Part shown: positions 29,830 through 42,194 of the stretch, piece after piece | Numbering within the stretch: position 1 is the first letter of the stretch | Layout of the letters: the number at the start of each line of letters is the position of its first letter | Notes under the pieces: generated by a model | Seen by the model: the letters and a program-made list of their open reading frames with translations, nothing else | The model's database searches: none | What the model was told of the DNA's origin: nothing | Assembly: GCA_951406725.2 (NCBI GenBank) | Contig: OX597815.1 | Span: forward strand, 193,688,001 to 193,752,000 | DNA from: Octopus vulgaris | Lineage: Eukaryota | DNA length: 64,000 nt | Direction: 5' to 3' | Position numbers and translations under genes: made by a program

Positions 29830-32800
29830 TCTTAAATAAACCAGTGAATGAGTCTGTATCTGATCATTTGACCTCTTAATGACTACAGCTGTGTCTGAGG
29901 TAAAATTTTATAGTCTCTTAGAAAGAGAAAGAGTGATTTTATTATATGTCTTCGGAATACAGGCAAAATAAGCATAAAAGATATTTTGCCCTACGAGAAA
30001 ACTGTTGCAAGCTCTTCTTCCGGCTCTATCGCTATATCAGAAATTCTCTTGTATCACCAGTAGATGCCTCGGGGCCACCAGCATTTCGCCTTTAATCTTG
30101 TTTGTTTCGCTGGAGTGAAGCAGCGAGGGCTGAATTAGCCTTGATTGGTGAAAGGGCTCCGCCTACAGTCTCTTTATTTCTGAAGTTCAATTATAAATAG
30201 AATATTGGATTTTCTGTCTTTAGGCACAAAGAGGCTACATGTATTAGAACTGGATATGGAAAGTTGTTGTATCATCCATGCTGGTGTGTTTACGTCCCCC
30301 GTCACTTAGCGGTTCGGCAAAAGAATGAGCGATAGAATAAGTATTGGGCTTACAAAGAATAAGTCCCGGGGTCGATTTGCTCGACTAAAAGCGGTGCTCC
30401 AGCATGGCCGCAGTCAAATGACTGAAACAAGTAAAAGAGTAAAAGAGTAAAGAGTAAAGAGAGTATTAATTGATAACTTGCTCAATGTAATGGAACACAG
30501 GAATGACAATGTGGTTCAATAGTTTCTTTCGCAACCACATGGTCTCAGAATCAAACCTACTCCACAGCAATTTGTTCAGATACCATTAACCAAAGCTTCG
30601 AGTCTTGTGCGTAAAATTTAAGAAATAGAAGCTGTATGGGTTTCCTACCAGAAGGACCCGGTTCTGCTCTTAGGTAGTTGATTTAACCCCTACTTCGGCA
30701 GAGTTTACTCCACTGCAAACATTCCGGTTAGGCTTCCGGCCTGTTGTTCACTTCTTCCCTTCTTCCCACTAGATTCAGACACCTTGAACAGAGTCATGGT
30801 CACATGCTCCCAATAAACTCTCAATACTGTAGTGTTAATCAAGGTATGTGTTTAACTGTTATACTTTCAACATGTCTGTAGAAAATTATATTCTTTTCTA
30901 CATTAGGCACAAAGCCCGAAATTTGTGGGGATGGGGGGGGGCAATTGATTAGCTCGACCCCAGTAGCAACTGGTATTTAATTTATCAACCCCAAAAGGAT
31001 GAAAGGCAAAGTCGACCTCGGTGGAATTTAAACTCAGAACGTAACGTAGCGGTAGACGAAATACCTATTTCTTTATTACCCACAAGGGGATAAACACAGA
31101 GGGGACAAACAAGGGCAGACAAACGGATTAAGTCGATTATGTCTACCCCAGTGCGTAACTGGTACTTATTTAATCGACCCCGAAAGGATGAGAGGCAAAA
31201 GTCGACCTCGGCGGAATTTGAACTCAGAACGTAACGGCAGACGAAATACCGCTAAGCATTTCGCCCGGCGTGCTAACGATTCTTATTTCTTTATTGCTCA
31301 CAAGGGGCTAAACATGCAGTGGACAAACAAGGACAGAGAAATGGATTAAGTTGATTATATCGACCCCTGTAAATTTGTTTATAAAACTTCTGCGGGTGGG
31401 GAAATTGAGACAGTTATTCTAAGATATCTCGTATTTATGTTAAGGCGGCGAGCTGGCAGAAACGATAGCACGCCGGGCGAAATGTGTAGCCGTATTTCGT
31501 CTGCCGTTACGTTCTGAGTTCAAATTCCGCCGAGGTCGACTTTGCCTTTCATCCTTTCTGGGTCGATAAATAAAGTACCAGTTTCGCACTGGGGTCTATG
31601 TAATCGACTTAATCCCTTTGTCTGTCCTTGTTTGTCCCCTCTATGTTTAGCCCCTTGTGGGTAGTAAAGAAATAGGTATTTATAGCAACGGCAGAAGTGC
31701 TGTTTGTGTGGTTCTATCAATGGCATATTCTGTTCTTGTCGCACTAAACTTCCTCGTGGGAAAACGTACGGTAGCCACTGTCTATGTTGCTTTATACAGC
31801 GCATGCTCTATTCTTGTCGGATTAAATCTCATCACGGAAAACCACATGGAAATGTTTTTATTGTCAAATCGTATCAAATGTGCAGAATACTTCAAGCAAA
31901 TAGACTTCATTGTATAGTAACGAAACAAACAAGTTACGACTGCTCATGCTGATTAGATTGTGGCTTTTATATCAGCGCCAGAGCTACAGCACCAGCTGCT
32001 GTGAGCTTTTTTTTAAAAAAAGCAGTCAGCAGTTTTTGTTAAGAGATAACTTATCTATTGTTATCTCTTAACAATACATAAACTTGGCACTTATTCATTA
32101 AGTGCCAAATTTAATAGATATGCAGAAAAAAGGATAATGGTGAGACCCATACAACCTATGAAACTATCACAAGGACAGTTTTCTCGAGAGAATTGCATGC
32201 GGTGTATGACTCCTATCTTTCTGGTCATATCCAGAGAATTGCATGCAGTGTATGAAGTTTTGTACATGCTTTATTATTTGATAGGGTCCGCATAGCGGAG
32301 GCACGTTATTCATTACCCTAACTATGTCTGCTATCAGTATGTTGATTTTCATGTTGTGTAACAAAGCTGAGTTCTTGTGAACAACAAATTTATAAACTAT
32401 GGATTTCATATAACAGGAGTAGAGAAGCTGCGCCCTGTTGTTCACAGAGTTTTATCCATAGAAACGATCAGGATACGCAATAAAAATGGAACTCCAGTTT
32501 TTACTGTATAACTTGTTTCTTCACAAATCTGAAAACATTTCCAGTTGCAAAAATGGCGAAGTGAATCTCCACAATTGTAGGTTATCCTATTTCCTCTCAC
32601 AGATGTTACGACCACTCATTGAAATGTCCTCGGATGTCTGTGTGAGTACGGAAGATCTCCTCGGTAGAATCAGTAGTTGCAACGACCTTGCAGCTTGTGT
32701 AGAGGGTGGTATGGATGTAATTTCCCTCTACCCATCTACAGACATAGATTTTGCTGTGGGAAAATGCATTGAGACTATCCTTCAGAGTGAAGTAGAGTCA

Positions 32801-33141
32801 ACTCGAGGGCACTGGGCCTCCTCCTTAAACTAAACTATGACTGTAACTACCTAGACAACCATGACCTTAGTAGATTCCGCCCCACCAGGCCACAGTGGGG
32901 AAGACTGCCCACCATCAGAGTGCTGGAGTGGCTGGACCATACGCACCCTGGACCCTGAGAACAACAATCAGGCAAAAAAAAAATGATTGCACATGCAATA
33001 GGGGATAACAAAAGAACCACTTTGAAGAACCACGTAGTACAGTTTAACAGAAAACTACATATGCAGGTCAAGGTGCAGCCATTGGTGTCGTTGTGGCTGG
33101 AGATGTGACTGGCCTCTTCATGACCTGGTGGTACAGAAAAC

Positions 33142-33304
33142 TAGGCGTAGGGGTTGCTGTGTGGTAAGTAGCTTGCTTACCAACCACATGGTTCCGGGTT
33201 CAGTCCCACAGCGTAGCACCTTGGATAAGTGTCTTCTGCTATAGCCTCGGGCCGACCAAAGCCTTGGGAGTGGATTTGGTAGACGGAAATTGAAAGAAGC
33301 CTGT

Positions 33305-33403
<99 letters not shown>

Positions 33404-33840
33404 ATATATATATTGCTTACCAACTACATGGTTCCGGGTTCAGTCCCACTGCGTGGCACCTTGGGCAAGTGCCTTCTACTATAGCCTCGGGCCGACCAAA
33501 GCCTTGTGAGTGGATTTGGTAGACGGAAACTGAAAGAAACCCGTCATATATATGTATGTGTGTGTATGTGTGTGTTGTGTGAGTGTGTGTGTTTGTGTGT
33601 GTGTGTGCGCGTGCGCGCGTGTGTGTGCTTGTGTGTCTGTGTTTGTCCCCCCAACATCGCTTGACAACCGATGCTGATGTGTTTACGTCCCTGTAACATA
33701 GCGGTTCGGCAAAAGAATGAGCGATAGAATAAGTACTAGGCTTACAAAGAATAAGTCCTGGGGTCGATTTGCTCGACCAAAGGCGGTGCTCCAGCATGGC
33801 CACAGTCAAAGGACCGAAACAAGTAAAAGAGTAAAAGAGT
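33142..33840 (+). mobile_element. Two tandem SINE family A copies
   Basis: Head repeated at about 33143 and 33412, separated by (TA)n; one tail. Confidence 0.82.
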
Positions 33841-34072
33841 AATCCTTAGCTGAAGAATCCACAACTGTTTAGCTTTGCTGTAGGTATGTAGATGACATCA
33901 ATATTCTTGTTAGGACAAACTCTAGTAACTGCAATGTAGAAGCCGAGAAGAACATAATGGTGAGTGCCCCGCATCCAGCTAACTCCATCCAGCAAAGATC
34001 AAAGTAATTATTGATTATTAAGATAAGGCTTACTTGGAAGTGGATGTGTGGCGTTCGATCATATAATAACAA

Positions 34073-34990
34073 AATAATAAATAAAACATATGCATCTATA
34101 CATACATATATGTACATACCTACATCTATATGTATATATATACATGCATATGTAGGTACAGGACACACAAAAAAAATCGTCGGAGACAATGAGAAACGAA
34201 TACATAAAAACAAATCCATGGAAACGGATTTATTTTCAAACAACGGAAAAACAGAGTAGAAGACATACAACAAAAGGAATATTCCCCTTCTTCAGCGGCC
34301 CCTGCTTCGCCTACTCCGTGTTTCGAAGGTAAGGGCAACACGGAGCAGACGAAGCAGGGGCAGCTGAAGAAGGGGAATATTCCTTGTGTTGTATGTCTTG
34401 TACTCTGTTTTTCCGTTGTTTGAAAAAAAAGTCCGTTTCCATGGTTTTGTTTTTATGTTTTCGTTTCTTATTGTCTCCGACGTTTTTTTTTATATATACA
34501 TAGAGATGTAGGTATGTACATATATGTAGGTATACTCTTTTACTCTTTTACTCTTTTACTCTTTTACCTGTTTCAGTCATTTGACTGCGGCCATGCTGGA
34601 GCACCGCCTTTAGTCGAGCAAATCGACCCCGGGACTTATTCTTTGTAAGCCCAGTATTTATTCTATCGGTCTCTTTTGCCGAACCGCTAAGTGACGGGGA
34701 CGTAAACACACCAGCATCGGTTGTCAAGCAATGCTAGGGGGACAAACACAGACACACAAACACACATACACATATATATATACATATATACGACAGGCTT
34801 CTTTCAGTTTCCGTCTACCAAATCCACTCACAAGGCATTGGTCGGCCCGGGGCTATAGCAGAAGACACTTGCCCAAGATGCCACGCAATGGAACTGAACC
34901 CGGAACCATGTGGTTGGTTAGCAACCTACTTACCACACAGCCACTCCTGCGACTATAGATGCATATGTTTTATTTATTATTTTGTTATTA
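34073..34990. repeat. Long fold-back (Penelope-type terminal repeat) interrupted by a SINE
   Basis: 34073-34322 pairs with 34337-34533 plus 34954-34990; SINE A at 34534-34951 splits the right arm. Confidence 0.8.
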
Positions 34991-35288
34991 ACTATTGATT
35001 ACCCCACTAGGCTCCCTAACCATAGACTCCCTGTCTTTGATATTGAACTTTGGTTAGAGACCGAGAACAACTGAGTGCAACTCCTCCACTCCTGTTATAT
35101 GAAACCCACAGTTTCTAAATATGTTCTTCACAAGAACTCGGCTTTCTCACACAACATGAAAATCAACATAGTGATAGCAGACTTAGGATAATGAATAACG
35201 TACCCCCACTATGCGAAGTAGGTAAACGGATATGTAGGTAAAAGATAGGCAAGTAAATAGATAATTACATAGATAATACGAACAGACA

Positions 35289-35330
<42 letters not shown>

Positions 35331-35605
35331 TACACAAAAGGAGACGGAAGCACATGACCATATACACACATGCACACTCTACACACACACACACACACAC
35401 ACACAGACACACACACGAAGACACATATAGAGACACACATCCGTACGTAACAGATGCACAAACCCGTACACACGAAGAGACAGAAGTGCACACAGTAATT
35501 CATATACGCACATACACACATGCACACATACATACAAACGCACAAACATGCACACACGAACACATGAATATGCAAAATACATACATACAAACGTACTCAC
35601 ACGCT

Positions 35606-35657
<52 letters not shown>

Positions 35658-35764
35658 GATTGTTTTAGGAAAAAGCGTTATGTGATTAAATGTTCGAGAT
35701 ATGAAATGTTACGTGGATGACCTTGTATTTGTTTGTTCTGCAACCATAGTTTTATTTATATAAG

Positions 35765-35831
<67 letters not shown>

Positions 35832-35832
35832 T

Positions 35833-36212
35833 AATTCATAAGTAAGGGCAAACGAAAAGATTTCTAATGCCAAATATGTCGAAAAATTGGACATATTGTC
35901 CATTAACCATATAATTTTTTCACAATACGCACACTACTCGAAAAAAGGTCGACAGAAATTTCTAAAAAATTCCATTATTAACATATCGGACCGATTTCAG
36001 GGTTAGCTCATAAGAGCCCGAAGGGAGGGCTCTTATGAGCTAACCCTGAAATCGGTCCGATATGTTAATAATGGAATTTTTTAGAAATTTCTGTCGACCT
36101 TTTTCGAGTAGTGTGCGTATTGTGAAAAAATTATATGGTTAATGGACAATATGTCCAATTTTTCGGCATATTTGGAATTAGAAATTTTTTCGTTTGCCCT
36201 TATTTATGAATT
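35833..36212. repeat. About 187-bp near-perfect hairpin, 7-nt loop
   Basis: 35833-36019 is the reverse complement of 36027-36212 with few mismatches; loop gaaggga. Confidence 0.92.
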
Positions 36213-36221
36213 GTTTATAAA

Positions 36222-36708
36222 TTTAACCTCTACATTTGTGGTCAACATTTGAATGCAGTTTTCACAACTAAGCATTTATAACTACCATTATCTAAAATAT
36301 TGTGTTGACATGTATAGCGGTATTTGTGAACGTATTTGTGTAACTGATTATTTTTTGTGTACCAAATGTCTGCTCTATGTCGAACTGAATCACATTAATA
36401 TTTAATGCTCAAATAAATAACTGGCTTTAAGGCAACATTTTGGAAACAAAGAAGCATTTTATGTTTACAAAATGGTTTTAAACTTTGATGGTTCCTGAGA
36501 TAATGGTAAAAACCATTCAAGTAAAAGCAAAATGTAACAGCATCACCCAATGCTTCCTTGGGTGATTGAATTGGACAGAAGGAATAGTACATGTGGTTCA
36601 GGAATATCTCCATACCCTCATAGTTTTACTCCTCTATTGGTTCTTGCCATCAGGCTGAGGCTGAGGAGTTCACCGATCAGAGTATATCATTGTTTGATAT
36701 TTAAATTA
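36222..36708 (-). other. Diverged homologue of the gene A 3'UTR (paralogue C)
   Basis: Reverse complement aligns to about 19105-19540, e.g. ctgatcggtgaactc, cagcctgatggcaagaacca, ctgtccaattcaatcacccaag and caaaatgttgccttaaag. Confidence 0.85.
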
Positions 36709-36886
36709 TATAAGGCGGCGAGCTGGCAGAACCGTTAGCATGCCGGGCAAAATGCCTTGCGGTATTTCGTCTGCCGTTACGTTCTGAGTTCAAATTCCGC
36801 CGAGGTCGACTTTGCCTTTCATCCTTTCTGGGTCGATAAATTAAGTACCAGTTACGCACTGGCGTCGATATAATCGACTTAATCCG

Positions 36887-37040
<154 letters not shown>

Positions 37041-37059
37041 TATATATATATCGTGCTGC

Positions 37060-37247
<188 letters not shown>

Positions 37248-38436
37248 GTTAAATACATTAAATGTATGTATGTATGTACATACATATATACATTAAATGT
37301 ATGTATGTATGTACATACATATATATATTATATGAATGTATGTATGTATGTGGGCGTATATGTATTTAGCGTTTCCTCTACAGTATCTATCAATAACATG
37401 TTTATCGCGTCCATGAGGAGGCTTCATCGAATCTATGACACAGCCACTAGCAGAGTGTCTTCCACAATAGCCTTGTGGAGTGTCTTCCACAATAGCCTCG
37501 TAGTAATCAAAGCCTTTTGAGTGGATTAAACTGTTGGAAGAAAGCAGAAAGAAAACTTGTTAGAAACACCAACTAAATTCTCCAAATCACAACACACGCT
37601 TTTAAAAAAAATGATGGGGAGTATGGGATAATGTCATCGTAATAGAGCATGGAAACAACATAATATTTTCAAATAAACTGACTTACATTGGGGAATTTCC
37701 CTGAGTCCCACTAGTATAATATCAATAAAGTAGGAAACTTATGAAAGCATGGCTTTTAATCAAGTAAAATACTGGCATTTTACATTATGCTTTGTACAAA
37801 ACTATGGCATTTTACATTATGCTTTTTACTAAATTATGAATATTTTTGTTTTCTCTTTTAACTTTTATTTGTTTCAGTCATTAAACTGCGGTTTTGCTGG
37901 GACATCACCTTCAAGAATTTTAGTCGAACGACTCAGCTCTAGTACTTATCTAATTCTTCAAAGCTGGTACTTATTCTATCAGCCTGTTTTTGTTGAACTG
38001 ATGAGTAACGGGGACGCGAACCCACTAACACCAGTTGTGTCAACGGTAGTGGTTGACAAACAGAGACATTGACCAAAGGGGTCTCTAACTCAAACACGCT
38101 CACTTATATATATGTGTGTGTAAATATATTGGGTGGGCTTCCTTCAGTTTCCATTCGTTTAATCCTTCCCCCTACCACCACTTCCGCTCTACAAAAATAT
38201 TACTGAAATTTATTGTACCCCAACTCCTTCCGCTTCTTTCAGTTTCCATCTGTTTAATCCACTCACAAAGCTTTGATTACCACAAAGCTATTGTGGAAGA
38301 CACTTACCCCAGCTGCAGTGAAACTGAACCCAGAATTATGAGTTTGGGGAACAAGTTTCATAACGCACAGTCACACAGGATAAAATGTATGCATATGAAT
38401 AGAATTTCTTGCAAGAAATGTCCATATTTTACTTAC

Positions 38437-38543
38437 TTTATCTGCATAAGCAATAGCAGCCATGCCTGTTGGAAGAAAGCAGAAAAAAGATGACGAGTTG
38501 TTGAAGTCATCCTATCTTCAACATGTGGTTGCTGGTTTTGTAT
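38437..38543 (-). pseudogene. CD225/dispanin paralogue C, middle exon with net 1-nt deletion
   Basis: On -: ttttcAG acceptor and GTAAGT donor; 107 nt; IQNQQPHVEDRMTST, frameshift, then FFCFLPTGMAAIAYADK. Confidence 0.75.
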
Positions 38544-38763
38544 CTGAAAAGGGAAGGAAACAAAGAAATAACATAATCATCAAGGAATGGCGATGATTAT
38601 GATGATGGAGGACATGATAATGATGATGAAGACAACAATAATTGGAAAGATTTTTGTTATATAAAGTGTTGTTTCTTTTATGCACGATATCACAATGTGA
38701 TACGTGCAGAATATCGGAACCAGCATCAGAAACCCCGACAAAACACACCAAACACATAGTAAG

Positions 38764-39062
38764 AGTGGAAGCACATGGCCTAGTGGTTAAAGCAGCGGAC
38801 TCGCGGTCGAGGGATCGCTGGTTCAAATCCCAGACCGGGCGATGTGTGAGTTTATGAGCGAAACACCTAAGCTCTACGCGGCTCCGGCAGAATATGATGG
38901 CGAACTTCTGCTGACTCTTTCGCCACAACTTTCTGTCACTCTTTCCTCCTGCATCTTGCAGCTTACCTGCGACGGACCGGCGTCCCGTCCAGGTGGGGAA
39001 CCTATACGCCAAGGAAACCGGTCCTTATGAGCCAGGCATGGCTCGAGAAGGAACAAAAAAAA
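38764..39062 (+). mobile_element. tRNA-derived SINE, family D, with 14-bp TSD
   Basis: A-box tggcctagtgg, B-box ggttcaaatcc, A-tail; TSD aaacacatagtaag at 38750-38763 and 39063-39076. Confidence 0.88.
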
Positions 39063-39419
39063 AAACACATAGTAAGTACGTAAATTGATTAATTACGTAT
39101 ACTTGCGACTGTTTATGCATACATATACACATTTTAAAAGTTACAAACAACATAAATAATGCCTGCACGACACACACGTACTGACGTACGTATAAAAAGC
39201 ACGTATCACGAATGACGCAAAACAAAAGAAAACAAAAACAAAGGGACTTTCTACGAACGAACACAAAAAGGAGCAAATCCGTCACTGAGTTTAAAACATC
39301 ACTGAACAGTTACGCCCAGAAACATATCTTCTAGAAAAAAAAAAGGTGAATTTCGATTTATAAACTTCATGCGATTTCGATATGAAAATCATATCTTTTC
39401 GAAGAACTCGAGGTGGTGT

Positions 39420-40060
39420 TCTGTCGAAAAGTTAAATCCGAACAAACAGGCTTGTCTTCTAATGTCCCCGTGAATGCTTTACTGACAAGCTAAAGCTCAT
39501 ACCGAATCTGTCACCGCCCGGGACAACAAAGGCCGCGTTATCCAATGAAGTACCACACTGGAGTCAAAAACTCTGCTCCTGGAACAAATTAAAGATGTTC
39601 TACCTGATAACCAGAACAAGGATAATCCTGTCTCTAGACCTGTAGTGACGCCACCAAAAACACCACCTAAAGCGAAATGCACAAAACGGACTAGAGAGGA
39701 CTATAGCGATGTTTTGAAAACTTTTTTCAAAGCACGACTAAACCTAAGCAATAACCTCATGCTAAAACATACATTACATGGAGAAATTTAGTAGGCAATG
39801 AAGTGCGTAGATATATTGATGCAAATAAATTAAGTAATGTTCGTAGCGATATCATTAAGAACAAATGAGTGACGCTGAAATCAATCAAATTAGAACACAA
39901 ATATCTCAAGTTAGACCAAATGAAAAATGCAACAATGTAAATGAAATAGGGAACAGAAACACAGAACCCAGTGTACGAGCAGTATATCCCAACGAGGAAG
40001 CTGAGCAAAGAATAATGAACAACGGAGATATGGAAAAAGAGGAGAACGTAGATCTACCTA
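39420..40060 (+). mobile_element. Probable 5' coding region of an R4/Dong-like LINE (degenerate)
   Basis: RPVVTPPKTPPKAK..TREDY..IDANKLSNVR; related sequence inverted at about 23010-23300. Confidence 0.5.
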
Positions 40061-40272
40061 AAAAAAAAAACCATGCATTGGCTCCACCGCTTTTCTATTT
40101 GTTTCTGTCCGGTCTTCTTTGCAGTTTGCTTGATTCGTTTTGCTTGCTTTGTAGCAGTAGTTTGAAGTTCTTCATCTAATTCAAGGTTAATGACAAGTTC
40201 CCTTGCGAATTAATAAACCTACTTCACAATACACACTACTTGACAATGCGATTTTCTAACATTTAAGGACTA

Positions 40273-40335
<63 letters not shown>

Positions 40336-40360
40336 CATAAATATATATATACATAAATAT

Positions 40361-40497
<137 letters not shown>

Positions 40498-40786
40498 AAG
40501 GCGCGTGGCTTAGTGGTTAGGGATTCGGCTCACGATTGAAAGGTCGTGAGTTCGATTCTCGGCGGTGCGTTGTATCCTTGAGCAAGACACTTTATTTCAT
40601 GTTGCTCTAGTCCACTCAGCTGGCAAAAATGAGTTGTACCTGTATATCAAAGGGCCGGCCTTGTCACACTGTGTCACGCTGAATCTCCCTGAGAACTACG
40701 TTAGGTGTACACATGTCTGTACACAAGCCGTTCCGTTGATCGTATCAGCTGGGACCCTCGTCGTCGTAACCGACGGAGTGCTCCTT
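40498..40786 (+). mobile_element. tRNA/CORE-type SINE
   Basis: A/B boxes and the shared core sequence. Confidence 0.8.
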
Positions 40787-40817
40787 TATATATATAAATA
40801 CATACATACATACATAC

Positions 40818-40875
<58 letters not shown>

Positions 40876-40887
40876 CATATAATATAT

Positions 40888-40915
<28 letters not shown>

Positions 40916-40918
<3 letters not shown>

Positions 40919-42036
40919 CTTTGATACTTTGATACTTTGATAGGTTTCGGCCATTATTGGCCCAGGCCATGTCTAACTTAATAGCACCACCTGGTGAAGT
41001 CTTTCAAGTCAGAATTTGGGCACTATGGCCCACTCAAGTAGAGAGTTATTGTTTACAGAGACATATCCGGGTGTAGGGGGTTTATCCGGGATTTCTTGAA
41101 GGAATCTGTCCAAAGTCTTCTTGAACCCTATAGGGTCAGTTTCTGTTTTAATGTGTTTTGGTGTAATGTTAAAGAGAGCGGGGCCAATTGAGGTGAAATA
41201 ATTGTGCCGTATTGTTGTTATGAGATGAGAGTGAGATTTTTGTTTTGGGCGGATGGCACGGGGCCCAAGCCTTGGATGTACCTTAAAGGTGATGCCAACA
41301 TCATTTGGGCAATGCTGATGGAATATTTTCCACATCATGCAGATGATGTAGCGCTCACGACGACGTTGGAGAGAATAGAGTTTTAGCTTTTCTAGTCGAC
41401 CCCAATAGTCGAGGCCTGTCATGCCATCTATCTTTTTTGTGATTGCCCTTTGAGGTGCTTCAACTTTTATGATACCTTGTATTGCGTGGGGAGACCACAG
41501 TGGACAACAGTATTCAAGGTGGGGTCGGGCAAAAGTGGAGAAGAGAAGGATAATGGTGTGGATATCTCTCGACTGGAAAGTTCTGAGAATCCAGGAACAC
41601 ATTCTGCGGGCCATGTCAACTTTGGTGTTTATATGAGTGGCCCAGCTTATGTTGTTGTCCACAATTACTCCCAAGTCTCTGATGTTGTTGGACGCCGCGA
41701 GAGTTTCACCTGAAGGAAGGGAGTATGGGAGTTTCAGGGCATCCTCTTTTCCAAAGTGGATTAGCTCAAATTTATCCTCGTTCAGCAGCATATTGTTTTT
41801 TTCTGCCCATTGGATAACAGCCAGTAGATCTGACTGAAGGCATGTCCGGTCACTCGCCTCATTTATGACCTTCTGTAGCTTGGAGTCATCTGCAAAGATT
41901 TTTATGTTGCTGTGCTTGATGATGTCATTAATGTCATTAATGTAAATGATGAAAAGAAGTGGGCCCAGCACAGTGCCTTGCGGAACGCCACTACTGACTT
42001 TGGCTGGGCTTGATTTTACCCCTTCAACTACAACAT
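40916..42036 (-). mobile_element. 5'-truncated CR1-clade LINE (family 1)
   Basis: Near-identical to 1018-2130; open RT C-terminus; three CAAAGTAT tail units; (TA)n on both sides. Confidence 0.94.
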
Positions 42037-42050
42037 TATAATATATATAC

Positions 42051-42132
<82 letters not shown>

Positions 42133-42150
42133 GTATGTACATACATACAT

Positions 42151-42191
<41 letters not shown>

Positions 42192-42194
<3 letters not shown>

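Larger units (their letters stand above)
32100..35185. mobile_element. Fragmented Penelope-like RT remnants interrupted by SINEs
   Basis: + fragments MDVISLYPS (about 32710), RYVDDINIL (about 33880) and YMKPTVSK.VLHKNSA (about 35100); an inverted thumb fragment at 32167-32445. Confidence 0.7.
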
